Positions 1 through 10,045 of a stretch of 64,000 nt of DNA are shown piece after piece. Below the pieces are notes generated by a model, which was given only the letters and a program-made list of their open reading frames with translations, did not search any database and was not told the DNA's origin. Within the stretch, counting starts at the first letter, position 1. Each line of letters opens with the position of its first letter. The stretch is from a bacterium (lineage in GTDB: Bacteria > Zhuqueibacterota > Zhuqueibacteria > Residuimicrobiales > Krinioviventaceae). Location of the stretch: contig CAXXFV010000026.1 in assembly GCA_963674595.2 (NCBI GenBank), positions 103,623 through 167,622 of the forward strand, given 5' to 3'. The translations under genes were made by a program, and so were the position numbers.

Positions 1-1267
1 CAAAATCGTATTCTTTTTTCATGATTTTGTCTGTAACAGCCAGTTGGTTTTCTGAGCTGGCAACACCGGCAACATTGCTGCCTGAATCACCAATAATAAA
101 AAATTTCACATTTTCAGTTGTTGCTGGTTTGGTTGTATAAAAATGTTCGGGCTCTGTCGTGATATCGTTAAACACGACCCGATAAAAATATTTGGAGCCA
201 GGCTGCAAACCGGTTATTTTTACCAAATGCTCATTTACCAATTCCTCATCGCTTATCGTATTGCTACAGGTTTCATCCTCTCCCCAATAAAGTGTTGTAG
301 CTGTTTTTTGGAGGGTATTCCATTGAATAGAAATAGAATTCAAGGTCGGCAATACCACATGAGGATATCGGTCTACATACTCCCTGGGCTCTTCATCCTC
401 TGCTAAATAGTAGATGCCATATTCACCCGTGGGCGGATTTGTTTCACTGATAGTCGCTCCAAAATCAGAATTGTAATAACTTCTTACCGCCACATAATAA
501 TTACCGGAAGAAGGGAAGACGCCGGTCATTTGCGAAAAGGTACAATTAAGAGAACCGCTTGGCGTATCTACATTACCAAGATCATCATTTTCATCAACAA
601 TGTTTCCATCCGAATCAAACAGGGTGATATAGGTGTCCGTATCGCGGGGGTGTAAATCCAGAATCGGTGTGGCCCCTATTGTATAGAATTTGCCTTCCTC
701 TCCGGAAATTCTAAAATAATCAACATCATTCGCAGGATAAATGGCGCCATACACGGTATCATCTTCCGCAAGCGTGTTTGAGAATGCAGCATGGGCCAAT
801 GTATTGTCCGGTTCATGAACAAGCAGCCGAGTCTGCGACCTTCCACCGGCCAGTCTTACTTTATAGGCACCTGTTGTATTTTTAGTGTTGAATATTTTTG
901 CATAAAAAATTCCGCTCGTAGCGGGCACATACCCGGACAGGCGAAAGTTGTCATTTGCATTTCGTCCGGCTACATTTGATGTTAAAATATTATTCGAATT
1001 TCCCTGCACGAAAAGTTCGATATTCGGACTGACACCATCGGCATTTTCAATGCTGGTTATATAATACATACTTGAATCATTCATTTCTATAGAAAAATAA
1101 TCAATGTCAACTGTTGAGCTAAACTGAGCTGAAATTACGGAAGAGTCACCGAGAGCTAAAACATTTGCCTGACTTGTTGTGTTGTTTGGTTCAACTTCGT
1201 TGTATTGCCCGAATAATGACAGGGGCAAAATTAATACTAGAATTGTTGTAAATATTCTTTTTGCCAT
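1..1267 (-). CDS. Secreted purple-acid-phosphatase-like metallophosphoesterase with N-terminal PPC-type repeats (runs off the window start)
   Basis: Not in the ORF track; translated by hand from ATG at 1267. Signal peptide MAKRIFTTILVLILPLSLFG, two 'EP(N/D)N..DxDYF' PPC-like modules, FN3-like 'HLVKITGLQPGSKYFYRV', then the first metallophosphoesterase motif 'KFFIIGDSG'. No stop before base 1. Confidence 0.8.
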   Translation of the reverse strand, partial: MAKRIFTTILVLILPLSLFGQYNEVEPNNTTSQANVLALGDSSVISAQFSSTVDIDYFSIEMNDSSMYYITSIENADGVSPNIELFVQGNSNNILTSNVAGRNANDNFRLSGYVPATSGIFYAKIFNTKNTTGAYKVRLAGGRSQTRLLVHEPDNTLAHAAFSNTLAEDDTVYGAIYPANDVDYFRISGEEGKFYTIGATPILDLHPRDTDTYITLFDSDGNIVDENDDLGNVDTPSGSLNCTFSQMTGVFPSSGNYYVAVRSYYNSDFGATISETNPPTGEYGIYYLAEDEEPREYVDRYPHVVLPTLNSISIQWNTLQKTATTLYWGEDETCSNTISDEELVNEHLVKITGLQPGSKYFYRVVFNDITTEPEHFYTTKPATTENVKFFIIGDSGSNVAGVASSENQLAVTDKIMKKEYDF

Positions 1268-1491
1268 AATCGCGTACCTTTTTATTCTTGTTAAATTCGA
1301 CTGTTTTGAAATTCTGATTATTATCTGCAGTTGATAATTGTCGATCACCAAAAAACATATATTAATTCAAATTTCATTTACGCTTAAATTTAGACGGCCT
1401 CCAAGCCTGTTTGTTTTAAATGACTCCTTTCTCAATTAGATGTGTCAACGTTCCTGTTTGCTTGTAATTTTTTGTAGTTTGCTATGTGTCC

Positions 1492-3159
1492 TTATTTTAT
1501 ATAAAACAACTTTATTACGGACTGAAACTGCCCGGCTTTTAACCTGAGCATATACATACCGCCCGGCAAATGACGTGCCTCGAAATTAATCTTGTGCTGT
1601 CCCGCCGGGACTGTCTCATCCAGCAGGATCGCCACACTTTGCCCCCGGATGTTAAATACATCAACTCTTACATGTACTGTTTTCGGCAGAGTAAATTGTA
1701 TGGTGGTCGATGAATTAAAGGGATTGGGATAGGCATCGCTGAGTTTAAATCTGCCAGGCTGATCAGCAGAACTGTTTTCAGCTTCAACTTCGTTATAGTC
1801 ATCATCCAGAATCGAAAAAACCACATGGGCAATATCGGTATTGTCAATATACTCTCCATAAACCGGGTCTGTGGCTATTACACAGGAGGCAAAGCGGCTG
1901 CTTCCCAATCCTTTTGCATGGAATGGTATGAGCAGGTTCGAATGATCATTTGTATAATATCTGAAATCAGGCATTTTGCCGGGACCATTGTTCCTGATCG
2001 GATTCCAGGTATTTGGCGCGTGAGAACCGGGGCCCCACAGATAACCGCTTTCATGGTCACCTGTTACAATCAGCAGGGTTTCATCCCAATTACTGTTGGC
2101 CTCAACCCATGCGACCACCGACTCGAATGTTTTGTTAAAGTTATCCATTTCTTCAATCATCCGGCCCAGCACATTTTCTTCATTGGCCCAATCGACAGCC
2201 CCTCCCTCGATCATAAGAAAAAGACCATCCGGATCATTATCTAAAACATTCAATGCCGCTTTGGCCATCATTTCCAGCGTCGGTACATTCCTGTTAAACG
2301 CTATTTTGTAAGGCGGTTCGGTGCTGTTTACCGCCGGGTGAAACCATCTTTGCTCCTGAAGGGTTTTATAAACCTGGGCAACACCAATCACCCGTTTGGG
2401 TGTATCGCCCTGTGCCAGATTTTGAAATTCCTGTTTTTCCTGAATCAGGGTCCAGGGATCATCTATGTTATCTCCATCCGCGTCGCCGCCGATTGTCCCG
2501 GCAATTAATCCATTCCACACGGAACTATTACCGACGTATTGGTAATCAAAATTGCTCCATAGTTTAATTCCGTCATTGCTATATAGCGGGTGGCCGCAGC
2601 CCATTATAACATCTATGGCGCTCTGCGTAATCATCTCCTGAGCCATGTCTGCATAATTATACCGGCTTATGTTATGGGCCACAAACCCGGCCGGTGTGGC
2701 ATGCGAAATCTGTACACTTGTCACCACACCTGTTGCCATTCCACAGGATTCGGCGCGTTCGAGAATATGTTCCACCGGCTGATGAAAGGCGTTCAAGCCG
2801 ATGCCCCCGTCGTATGTTTTTATTCCGGTGGATATGGCCGTGGCCCCAGCCGCAGAATCGGTAAAATCATACAGGGGATAGTCGAAATCAGCCCAGGCCG
2901 CCCGGCTGTCATACCCGCCCCCGAGTGACCAGGTGCTCATGGCATATTTTACGTCCCAGTTCGTATAAACCGGAGCGGAACCGTTCCAATACGTTGTAGC
3001 GGCAATATGATTGAATCCCCAGCCATCGGCTATCATAATAATAATATTTTTCTTTCGGGCCTGTACAGTTGTTACAAAAATCAGTGCTATCATCACAATC
3101 GTATGGATCGGTCGCAGGTGGATGTTGCTTCTCTTCAATAGGCTAAACTCCCTTATCAA
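1492..3159 (-). CDS. Alkaline phosphatase with FlgD-Ig/T9SS-type C-terminal domain
   Basis: Motifs KNIIIMIADGWG, TDSAA (catalytic Ser), SHATPAGF, FLMIEGGAVD, VTGDHE; C-terminal 'AYPNPFNSSTTIQF..GMYMLRL'. Start codon uncertain. Confidence 0.9.
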   Translation of the reverse strand: MIREFSLLKRSNIHLRPIHTIVMIALIFVTTVQARKKNIIIMIADGWGFNHIAATTYWNGSAPVYTNWDVKYAMSTWSLGGGYDSRAAWADFDYPLYDFTDSAAGATAISTGIKTYDGGIGLNAFHQPVEHILERAESCGMATGVVTSVQISHATPAGFVAHNISRYNYADMAQEMITQSAIDVIMGCGHPLYSNDGIKLWSNFDYQYVGNSSVWNGLIAGTIGGDADGDNIDDPWTLIQEKQEFQNLAQGDTPKRVIGVAQVYKTLQEQRWFHPAVNSTEPPYKIAFNRNVPTLEMMAKAALNVLDNDPDGLFLMIEGGAVDWANEENVLGRMIEEMDNFNKTFESVVAWVEANSNWDETLLIVTGDHESGYLWGPGSHAPNTWNPIRNNGPGKMPDFRYYTNDHSNLLIPFHAKGLGSSRFASCVIATDPVYGEYIDNTDIAHVVFSILDDDYNEVEAENSSADQPGRFKLSDAYPNPFNSSTTIQFTLPKTVHVRVDVFNIRGQSVAILLDETVPAGQHKINFEARHLPGGMYMLRLKAGQFQSVIKLFYIK

Positions 3160-3431
3160 AAGACGGATTTAATTTCATGTCAAGGTTTTTATGAATATAA
3201 TTATTTTTGTCACTGAATATAATATTAAACGAGTTTAATAACGAACAAGAGGTTTAAAAAGTATTTTATATTAGATGAATAAACCAAAAGTCGGATTCAT
3301 TGTTTTTTAAGCCGGATAGTTACTTGCCGTATTTATGCTGCCGGCCGTGTGATGAGGGTAAAGGTTTAAAAAATGGCCAGACTTTTTATATATATTAATT
3401 ATTTTAACAATGTAAAATTGATAGTAAAAAT

Positions 3432-4007
3432 TTAAATGCTGTTTATAAGTCTTTCAACAGCCTCTATTAACAAGTTTTTTGGTGAATTTTTCAACAAATG
3501 AAGAGGAATTGCTGTTTGTATTGTATTAAATATATATCCCTGAACCAGGCAAAACCAGTTAAACATCAGCTCTTTTGCTGATTCCCTTTCCTTGGTCAGT
3601 TTGAAAAACAAGTCCTGAATCTGCTCAACATCCTTTATAATCTCATCATTTGTCATTGGGGTGTTATAGTTGACCATTAATTTATAGAGTGCATTATGTT
3701 CAAATGCAAAATCCCAATGATTTGCTGATAATTGTAATATAATTTTTTCAGGGTCAGGCTCTGTTTCCATTGCCAGTTTATAGGCTTTATGCAGCTCACG
3801 ATGCCCCGACATTGCCAATTCATTAAATAAATCTTGTTTGTTTTTAAAATATTCGTAAACTATTGGTGGGGTATAGTCAATTTTTTCGGCAATTTTACGG
3901 ATGGTAACGGCATTCCATCCTTCGGAAATCCCAATATTCAATGCGGTCTCCATTATTGCTTTCCGCATCTGTTCTTTTTCTTTTTGCCTTCGTTCAATAT
4001 GTCCCAT
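3432..4007 (-). CDS. TetR/AcrR family transcriptional regulator
   Basis: N-terminal HTH 'GWNAVTIRKIAEKIDYTPPIVYEYFKNKQDL'. Confidence 0.92.
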   Translation of the reverse strand: MGHIERRQKEKEQMRKAIMETALNIGISEGWNAVTIRKIAEKIDYTPPIVYEYFKNKQDLFNELAMSGHRELHKAYKLAMETEPDPEKIILQLSANHWDFAFEHNALYKLMVNYNTPMTNDEIIKDVEQIQDLFFKLTKERESAKELMFNWFCLVQGYIFNTIQTAIPLHLLKNSPKNLLIEAVERLINSI

Positions 4008-4074
4008 ATAACACCGTTATATTTTCTAACATTGTTAAGTAAAATATTATATCAATTTAAATTTAGATATGCAA
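4008..4074 (-). promoter_or_regulatory. Sigma70-type promoter of tetR with two downstream palindromic operators
   Basis: Minus strand TTGCAT (4074-4069), 17 bp, TATAAT (4051-4046). Palindromes TAACATTGTTA (4027-4037) and ATAACACCGTTAT (4008-4020) lie between the promoter and the ATG. Confidence 0.7.
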
Positions 4075-4135
4075 GTTTTTTTTAATTTAATTATGCAATG
4101 GTGGGGTGGAATTACCCTGCAACTGCAACGAATTA

Positions 4136-4948
4136 TCAAGCCGCCCTGTTTTTACCCAGGCTGACAACTGCCGCCATGGCCCACAGTAAAACAGCCCTTG
4201 AGAGAATAAATAATAACAGTCCTGTGCCTTTAACGATTGGGTCCAGAACCAACAGGGTTGCAACCAGACTTGTATGCATCAGTATAACTATTAACAAGCT
4301 TTCCGTGTGTTTGTAAACCCATACCATCAGCACTCTGTAGGGTGGAAGCCAGGAAAAAAGTTTGGCTAAAAGCAATAAAAAGGGCAGTAATGATGTAAAA
4401 CTGTTGACCTCCCAGAATAACGGAAAATGCCATGCACCCCAAACAAGTCCAATGATAACGCCTGTGTTGAAAACAGGATGACGCTGCATTAGTTTGGGAA
4501 CGGCAAATCCTGTCCAGCCGAGTTCTTCAAAAACAGCGACGATCAAACCGCCGATGGGAGCGAACAGCAACAGGTTTAGCTTTTCATTCGAAAGAAAAAC
4601 AGCGGGAAGGAATTTATGAGAGAACAGTGAAAGCACGGCAATAACGGCCGCTGTTAAAACCGGGGCCGTTAATAGCGCCACGGCATACCATTTCACGTTC
4701 ACGCGCCATTTGACCAATCGGGATAAAAGACTGCGATAACCGGCCAACCCGGAAAAAAAACCTGTTAAAAGAATGCCGGCAATGCTTGGTCCGAGAAGGA
4801 TGGCCATGCCCAGTGTCATTGCCTGTTCTTCCGTTACCGGAAAGCCATTGGGATCGGCCAGAATATAAATGACTCCCCATGAGATGACAAAAACCAGGCT
4901 GAAATAGGTCAGCAGTGGATACTTTTTGCAAGTTTTGGTTGATAACAT
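4136..4948 (-). CDS. CPBP family (CAAX/Abi) intramembrane metalloprotease
   Basis: 'FEELGWTG', 'GLVWGAWHFPL', 'ILMHTS' motifs and multiple TM segments; ATG at 4948 preferred. Confidence 0.9.
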   Translation of the reverse strand: MLSTKTCKKYPLLTYFSLVFVISWGVIYILADPNGFPVTEEQAMTLGMAILLGPSIAGILLTGFFSGLAGYRSLLSRLVKWRVNVKWYAVALLTAPVLTAAVIAVLSLFSHKFLPAVFLSNEKLNLLLFAPIGGLIVAVFEELGWTGFAVPKLMQRHPVFNTGVIIGLVWGAWHFPLFWEVNSFTSLLPFLLLLAKLFSWLPPYRVLMVWVYKHTESLLIVILMHTSLVATLLVLDPIVKGTGLLLFILSRAVLLWAMAAVVSLGKNRAA

Positions 4949-5013
4949 GGTGTACCCGGTATATTGTTTTTTAACAGAATTTGTGGAACAGTGCAGCAGT
5001 ACCATATTCCGGT

Positions 5014-5277
5014 TTATTTTTTTCGTGACGGCGGGTGGTCCATGTTCATGTAAACGCCGCCTTTTTCAAGTTCATCAAGCATTTGAGCAAGTCGTTTTTC
5101 TTTTGTCGGTTGAAGCTTGGCCCTGTTTATCCATCCGATATAATCATTTTGCTGATAGGCCGGACGCGCCTGATAGTCCGCCATCAGACCGCGTTCTTCC
5201 AAAGCCTGCCGGACAAAATCCGACATGGGATGTTTTGGCCGTTTTAAATTCGAATGTTCTTGTATGGGTTTGTTCAT
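5014..5277 (-). CDS. YdeI/OmpD-associated family protein
   Basis: 'ALEERGLMADYQARPAYQQNDYIGWINRAK..TKEKRLAQMLDEL' pattern; AAGGAG RBS. Confidence 0.85.
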   Translation of the reverse strand: MNKPIQEHSNLKRPKHPMSDFVRQALEERGLMADYQARPAYQQNDYIGWINRAKLQPTKEKRLAQMLDELEKGGVYMNMDHPPSRKK

Positions 5278-5319
5278 TTTTCTCCTTTAAGGGCCGGAGG
5301 CATCTCATTGTTGGAAAAA

Positions 5320-5994
5320 TTATCTGTTAATTTTTTTTGCCAGTTTTTTTATAAAAAACGGTTTTCCATGTGCCGGATATATTTGTTTGACGCCCAAATC
5401 GGTCAGTTTTTTCCAGCTCTTAAACAGTACATCCATATTTTCAGCGAAAACAGGGAGGTCAGCACCCAATGTCATGGGCAGGGCATTCATTGCCATATCG
5501 CCGACAAACGCATCACCAGAGTCCAGCACGACTGAAACTGAACCGGACGAATGGCCGGGCGTGAAAACGATGCTGCCGTTTATGCCAAACTCTTCTAATG
5601 ATATGTCTTCATCGCCGATTATAATATCGGCTTTACACGGCTCTAGAACAAATTTCCGGCTCCAGTTTTTTAAAAACGCGCCGAATATTTTGCCCCAGCG
5701 CGTTACACCGGGCGGCATGGACTGCTTTCCACTTTCCAAAAAACGTGCTTCGTTTTTATGCACAATAATCTTTGCGCCGGTTGTTTCTTTGATGGCTTTT
5801 ACGCAGCCGATGTGGTCCCAATGACAATGTGTTAAAACAACCCCCTTAATTTCCTTTGGATCAATCCCTGCCTTTTGCACTCCTTTGATCAAATCGTTAC
5901 ATGATCCGGGCATGCCGCCGTCGATTAATATTGTGCCTTTATCTTTTAAAAGGTAACAATTATCAACACCAACCTTTATTGTTTTAATTTCCAT
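5320..5994 (-). CDS. MBL-fold metallo-hydrolase
   Basis: THCHWDH (HxHxDH), TPGHS, VGD and PAHG motifs. Confidence 0.92.
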   Translation of the reverse strand: MEIKTIKVGVDNCYLLKDKGTILIDGGMPGSCNDLIKGVQKAGIDPKEIKGVVLTHCHWDHIGCVKAIKETTGAKIIVHKNEARFLESGKQSMPPGVTRWGKIFGAFLKNWSRKFVLEPCKADIIIGDEDISLEEFGINGSIVFTPGHSSGSVSVVLDSGDAFVGDMAMNALPMTLGADLPVFAENMDVLFKSWKKLTDLGVKQIYPAHGKPFFIKKLAKKINR

Positions 5995-6016
5995 CCTTTT
6001 GCTCTTTTTTTCAGGA

Positions 6017-6607
6017 TTATTTTTTGTATGTTCCTGTTAATTCGCCAAAAGCCAAAATATGATCTTTCATTGCCTTCATCAGATCTTTTTTTGCCGGCTG
6101 CAATAACTCAATATGAGGAACAGATAAAGCATAAATCCTGAAATAGTAGCGATGGGTGCCAAAAGGCGGGTTCGGACCGACATATTCAACGCCCTTAGTT
6201 ATGTTTGTGCCCAGACTCATATTGTTTTGCTTTAATTGTTCAGCGGTTTGTGCGCTTTCTAAAAATTTGATTTCCGGATTTATGTTAAAAATAACCCAAT
6301 GATCAACCGTCATTAATTTTATAAAAGGTGAGGGGGCATCATAATCAACAACGATTATCGCTAAAGATTGGGTCCCTTCCGGCAGATTGTCCCAATATAA
6401 GGAGGGAGAGGTGTTTTCGCCCAGTCCTGTATGCAGGGTCGGAATCGGGCCGTTTTGTTCAAAATCATCGGACCATAATTTAATTGACTGTGGGATATTT
6501 TTATGGTAATTCAATTCCTCTTTTTGGTCCGTATAAACAATGAAAATCCTGACAGCAATAATGAGGATTATTAACACCGGTATAAAAATTAATATTTTCT
6601 TGAGCAT
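6017..6607 (-). CDS. YbhB/YbcL family (PEBP/Raf kinase inhibitor-like) protein
   Basis: 'SPSLYW..PEGTQSLAIIVVDYDAP..HWVIFNI..YVGPNPPFGTHRYYFRIYAL'; N-terminal membrane anchor; ATG at 6607 preferred. Confidence 0.9.
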   Translation of the reverse strand: MLKKILIFIPVLIILIIAVRIFIVYTDQKEELNYHKNIPQSIKLWSDDFEQNGPIPTLHTGLGENTSPSLYWDNLPEGTQSLAIIVVDYDAPSPFIKLMTVDHWVIFNINPEIKFLESAQTAEQLKQNNMSLGTNITKGVEYVGPNPPFGTHRYYFRIYALSVPHIELLQPAKKDLMKAMKDHILAFGELTGTYKK

Positions 6608-6866
6608 AAAAGGTCCCTGGTAATAATATTTTTCAGGTGAAATATAAGGTTGTATCCGGTATTTAAAGTACCGCCAACCATGTTTATACAAAATAAATAA
6701 AATTTTTGAATTAATTAAGTATTATGTAAAAAACTTGATCCAAACCTGATGTATGCGGCTTTTTATTTAATCGTGCAATGGTTTGGTAAAACTGCACCAT
6801 ACGACTTTGTTGAGGCTATGTTTAAAAACGCCCCGGTGGAATCCCGGGGCGGCAAAGTGTATACGA

Positions 6867-8324
6867 TTAAAAAATCATTTTTATGGGTACCGCAATAATT
6901 AAAATACAAATGTCCAGCAGGACCAGGCTGAAAAATGCCCGCCATTTTGAAAATTCATTAGCCTGGCTAATAATCGGGATCGAGATGACGATGCCCCATA
7001 TAATGACAATTTGATAAATAAACACAACAAGAATGAGAAACAAAACAGCGATAACCGGGAAATTGTTAACAGCAAAGGAATGCCGGAACAGACCATCGCC
7101 AAAGATTATCAGAATTCCAATCCAGAGAATAATAAGGGATGCCGTGGGAATATGGGCTGTTGCGAGTGATGTCATATTGTTGCGCCAGGTGCCTTTTCCC
7201 TTGAAAAGACGGGCGATGCCCTGCAAACCCAGGCCAAGGACCGGTAAAAAAATGATACCGGATAAAAGTGCTAAAGTGATATATCTTAAAATAACGTTAC
7301 TTTCCGCATAGCGCCTGGAACCCATAGTCGCGGCAGATAAACCAATTATAACAAATGCACTGAAAATTGTAATGATCATGAAAAGGGGAATGCGGGAAAA
7401 CCGGCTGTTCATCAGGTTATAGGCCTGCCTCGGATTCGTCCAGATACAGGTAAACGGATTTTTGGAATCCGCTGGTTTGGCGGCGTGTTCCGCAGGACCG
7501 GGTTTTTCTCCCCGGTTATAGAGAATTATCAAAATTATCCCTGTAGTTAAAAAGAGGACCGTCCAGAACAGTAAACCATGGGTTTCAGTAAAGGGAACAG
7601 AACGATCCGCCACGACCTCTTCCGGGATTTCCTGCGGAACTATATCGGTTTCACGTTCGATCTGTTCCGGTGGCTCTTGCTGCATTTCAGTCTTCAAAGG
7701 TTGGATTTCGGTTATCTGGCTTTTGGGCAATGGTTGAGGTACGAGGTTTTCAATTACATCCGGTGTTTGTTCCGGTTCCGGTTGGACATCTACAACCGAT
7801 TCCTGCATAGTTACCCGTTCCATAACCGGTCTTTGTAAATGATCAAAGATGTGCTGAAGCATCAGGAATCCCACACACAGGACGACAATACCAATTATAT
7901 ATTTTGATTGATTCCTGGCTGAAAGTTTCACGCTAACCAGCAGTACTAGAAAAGAAAAGATCATCAGTAAAATTACAGGGTATAATTGGGTATAAATGGT
8001 TTGCATATTCACCCTGTTTAGTGTCAGCAGTTCAAACAGCCGGGTATTTAAAAGTAGGACCGCTATCATCATACTTGCTACAGCAAAAATTGCGAAGGGA
8101 ATTGTGACAAATTTATAAGCCCCTGACCGGCAGGTGGTATATTTGATGAAAAGAAATATGATTATAAAGATAACCAGCAGAGGCATGATCTGGAGTTGAC
8201 CGCCGCCTGACGCCTGCCCCGGCCTGGAGGCCACCATACAATGGATAGGGTCCAAACGAATTGAAAACAAGCTGAGAACCAGAAAAAACAGGAAACTCTT
8301 TGCAAATTGTGTTTTCATGATCAC
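6867..8324 (-). CDS. Multi-pass membrane protein with C-terminal Yip1-like domain
   Basis: N-terminal TM block, Pro/Glu-rich linker, then 'NPFTCIWTNPRQAY..ISQANEFSKWRAFFS' Yip1-like 5-TM region. Confidence 0.6.
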   Translation of the reverse strand: MIMKTQFAKSFLFFLVLSLFSIRLDPIHCMVASRPGQASGGGQLQIMPLLVIFIIIFLFIKYTTCRSGAYKFVTIPFAIFAVASMMIAVLLLNTRLFELLTLNRVNMQTIYTQLYPVILLMIFSFLVLLVSVKLSARNQSKYIIGIVVLCVGFLMLQHIFDHLQRPVMERVTMQESVVDVQPEPEQTPDVIENLVPQPLPKSQITEIQPLKTEMQQEPPEQIERETDIVPQEIPEEVVADRSVPFTETHGLLFWTVLFLTTGIILIILYNRGEKPGPAEHAAKPADSKNPFTCIWTNPRQAYNLMNSRFSRIPLFMIITIFSAFVIIGLSAATMGSRRYAESNVILRYITLALLSGIIFLPVLGLGLQGIARLFKGKGTWRNNMTSLATAHIPTASLIILWIGILIIFGDGLFRHSFAVNNFPVIAVLFLILVVFIYQIVIIWGIVISIPIISQANEFSKWRAFFSLVLLDICILIIAVPIKMIF

Positions 8325-8464
8325 ACCTCTTTTTTAATGTGAAACGAAAATGTTATCGGACATTCGACTAATCGTTGCAGGGTGCAGTAAAAGCACACCT
8401 TGTGGCTAAAAATGTTTTAAATTAAAAATATCCTGATTCGTTAACACAAAAATCGTTAAGGTAA

Positions 8465-8836
8465 TCAAGTGTCTTTTAAAAGCCACTCAACCGCCTGATC
8501 AAATGAATGAAATGTCTCTACTTGGTAACCGACATTGACGGCAACGGTCTCTGAAAATTTATGTGACGTGTCGCCCTTAGCAATGACAACAGCTACGCGA
8601 ATATCACGAGGGAACCCAATACTCGGAATGTCACTGTGAGCAAAATTGTATTCTTTCGTCGTACCCATGACATTGGGTGCATCGCGAAAATCGGAAATTA
8701 TCCGTTTAATGCCTGTTTTTTTATAAAGTTTTACATATTCTTGTGTCAGTTCTATAATGACCTTTCTGGTTAACGGCACGTTTACTTTACCCATAATATA
8801 GGTGTTATCATCTGATATTGTTATTTCGAAATCCAT
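8465..8836 (-). CDS. Hypothetical protein (SpoIIAA/STAS-like pattern)
   Basis: GGAG RBS; 'RIISDFRDA..RVAVV..FHSFDQAVEWL' resembles SpoIIAA-like small proteins. Confidence 0.55.
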   Translation of the reverse strand: MDFEITISDDNTYIMGKVNVPLTRKVIIELTQEYVKLYKKTGIKRIISDFRDAPNVMGTTKEYNFAHSDIPSIGFPRDIRVAVVIAKGDTSHKFSETVAVNVGYQVETFHSFDQAVEWLLKDT

Positions 8837-9040
8837 ACTTTTTCTCCGCTAATACAATATTGACCAGACTGTGGATTTGATTCATCTTTTTGTGCTGACA
8901 AGAATTTTAAGTTTTTTTTCATATGTAATTCCAAATCAAGGATTTATTTTTCATGTCGACTGTTTGCCGGGGCCTCAACAAGCGGTATGACAGTTAATTG
9001 AAATGTTTGTTCATGATTTAATAGTGACAATATTTTCTCA

Positions 9041-9739
9041 CTAGTTTTTCGCATGTTTTAGCCAGATAATATCGGCTTCCAGTTTGCAAATTCGGCTGAT
9101 AGCTGCTGCAAATTTTTCGCCCTTGAAAAGAAAAGGTTCCAGGGCGGTTGTTTGTATGTGAACCTTGCCGGGCTGGTCCATTTCCGGGTCCGAAAGCAGG
9201 GCCGCGATATGATGACCCACAGCGCCCGGTTCGTCCTCTGCAACGTATAATGTGTGGTTTACACCCGCACGTGACAATTTTTTACCGGGACGTGAGATCA
9301 TCCATTCAATCCACCCGCCATCGGGAAAAAACAGTGAGCCTCCCTGTTCCTGTAAATTGATCTTTGCCAGGGCAAGCGGTTTTAAACCAAATGATTCAAG
9401 ATGGTCCCTGACATCTTTGTTGTTCGATGCGGATGCCAGTGAGAACCAGGCTGAGGAAGGCAGCATCGTATCCGCACCTTTTACCAATGGACCGGTCTCT
9501 GAGGATCTCAAACTTGACCATAAATGAAGCTCCACGCTTCGGCCGGTTTCGTAACCATTAAAAGAATTTTTGCTGCAAACCTGTGCCAACAGCGCCACAT
9601 AACATCGTGATTTCTCATCCAGCGTGAGAGTGTGGTGTGAGGGGATATTTTGAATCCGTTTGGCCGGAAGACGTATCATAATTATGTTTTCAGTCCCCAC
9701 TTTACGGGATAATGTTACCGAATCAGATCGTTTACTCAT
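9041..9739 (-). CDS. Hypothetical protein
   Basis: 232-aa ORF with ATG directly downstream of promoter-element copy 1; no recognised motif. Confidence 0.6.
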   Translation of the reverse strand: MSKRSDSVTLSRKVGTENIIMIRLPAKRIQNIPSHHTLTLDEKSRCYVALLAQVCSKNSFNGYETGRSVELHLWSSLRSSETGPLVKGADTMLPSSAWFSLASASNNKDVRDHLESFGLKPLALAKINLQEQGGSLFFPDGGWIEWMISRPGKKLSRAGVNHTLYVAEDEPGAVGHHIAALLSDPEMDQPGKVHIQTTALEPFLFKGEKFAAAISRICKLEADIIWLKHAKN

Positions 9740-9769
9740 TGTTGGTCCATTTTTATGTAGAGAACATCA

Positions 9770-9880
9770 CCTAAAGGACATAAGAAATTTTCATACTTAA
9801 CCAAATTGTCCTAAAAAAAATCGTTTATGACTGATATTAGAATAATACAAATTCTGTTGTACCGGCGCAAGAGGGTTTTG
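9770..9880 (-). promoter_or_regulatory. Dispersed promoter-leader element, copy 1 (most degenerate leader)
   Basis: TTGCGC (9870-9865), 17 bp ending CAGAATTTG, TATTAT (9847-9842), then 'TATCAGTCATAAACGA..TTTAGGACAATTTGGT'; aligns by eye with the other five copies. Confidence 0.75.
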
Positions 9881-9948
9881 AATAAAAATTATCCTTTTTC
9901 CTGATTTGTTGTGGTGTGAAGCGTTGCCGGAACGTTTGTTTTTTATAT

Positions 9949-9981
9949 AAAAACCGCCCCGGCAGGATTCCCGGTGCGGTT
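9949..9981 (-). terminator. Putative intrinsic terminator downstream of the LRR gene
   Basis: Imperfect stem AACCGCCCCGG/CCGGTGCGGTT followed by a T-run on the minus strand; a similar hairpin occupies the same position near element copy 5. Confidence 0.55.
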
Positions 9982-10015
9982 GGAATAGTTTATTTTACAA
10001 GAGATGCAGCACATG

Positions 10016-10043
10016 GTAGAGGCACGATTCATGGCGCCTCTGC
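10016..10043. repeat. Degenerate GTAG-family REP-like palindrome
   Basis: GTAGAGGCACGATTCATGGCGCCTCTGC, next to the LRR gene stop; related to the copies at 26195, 32802, 42676 and 46766. Confidence 0.6.
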
Positions 10044-10045
10044 GA

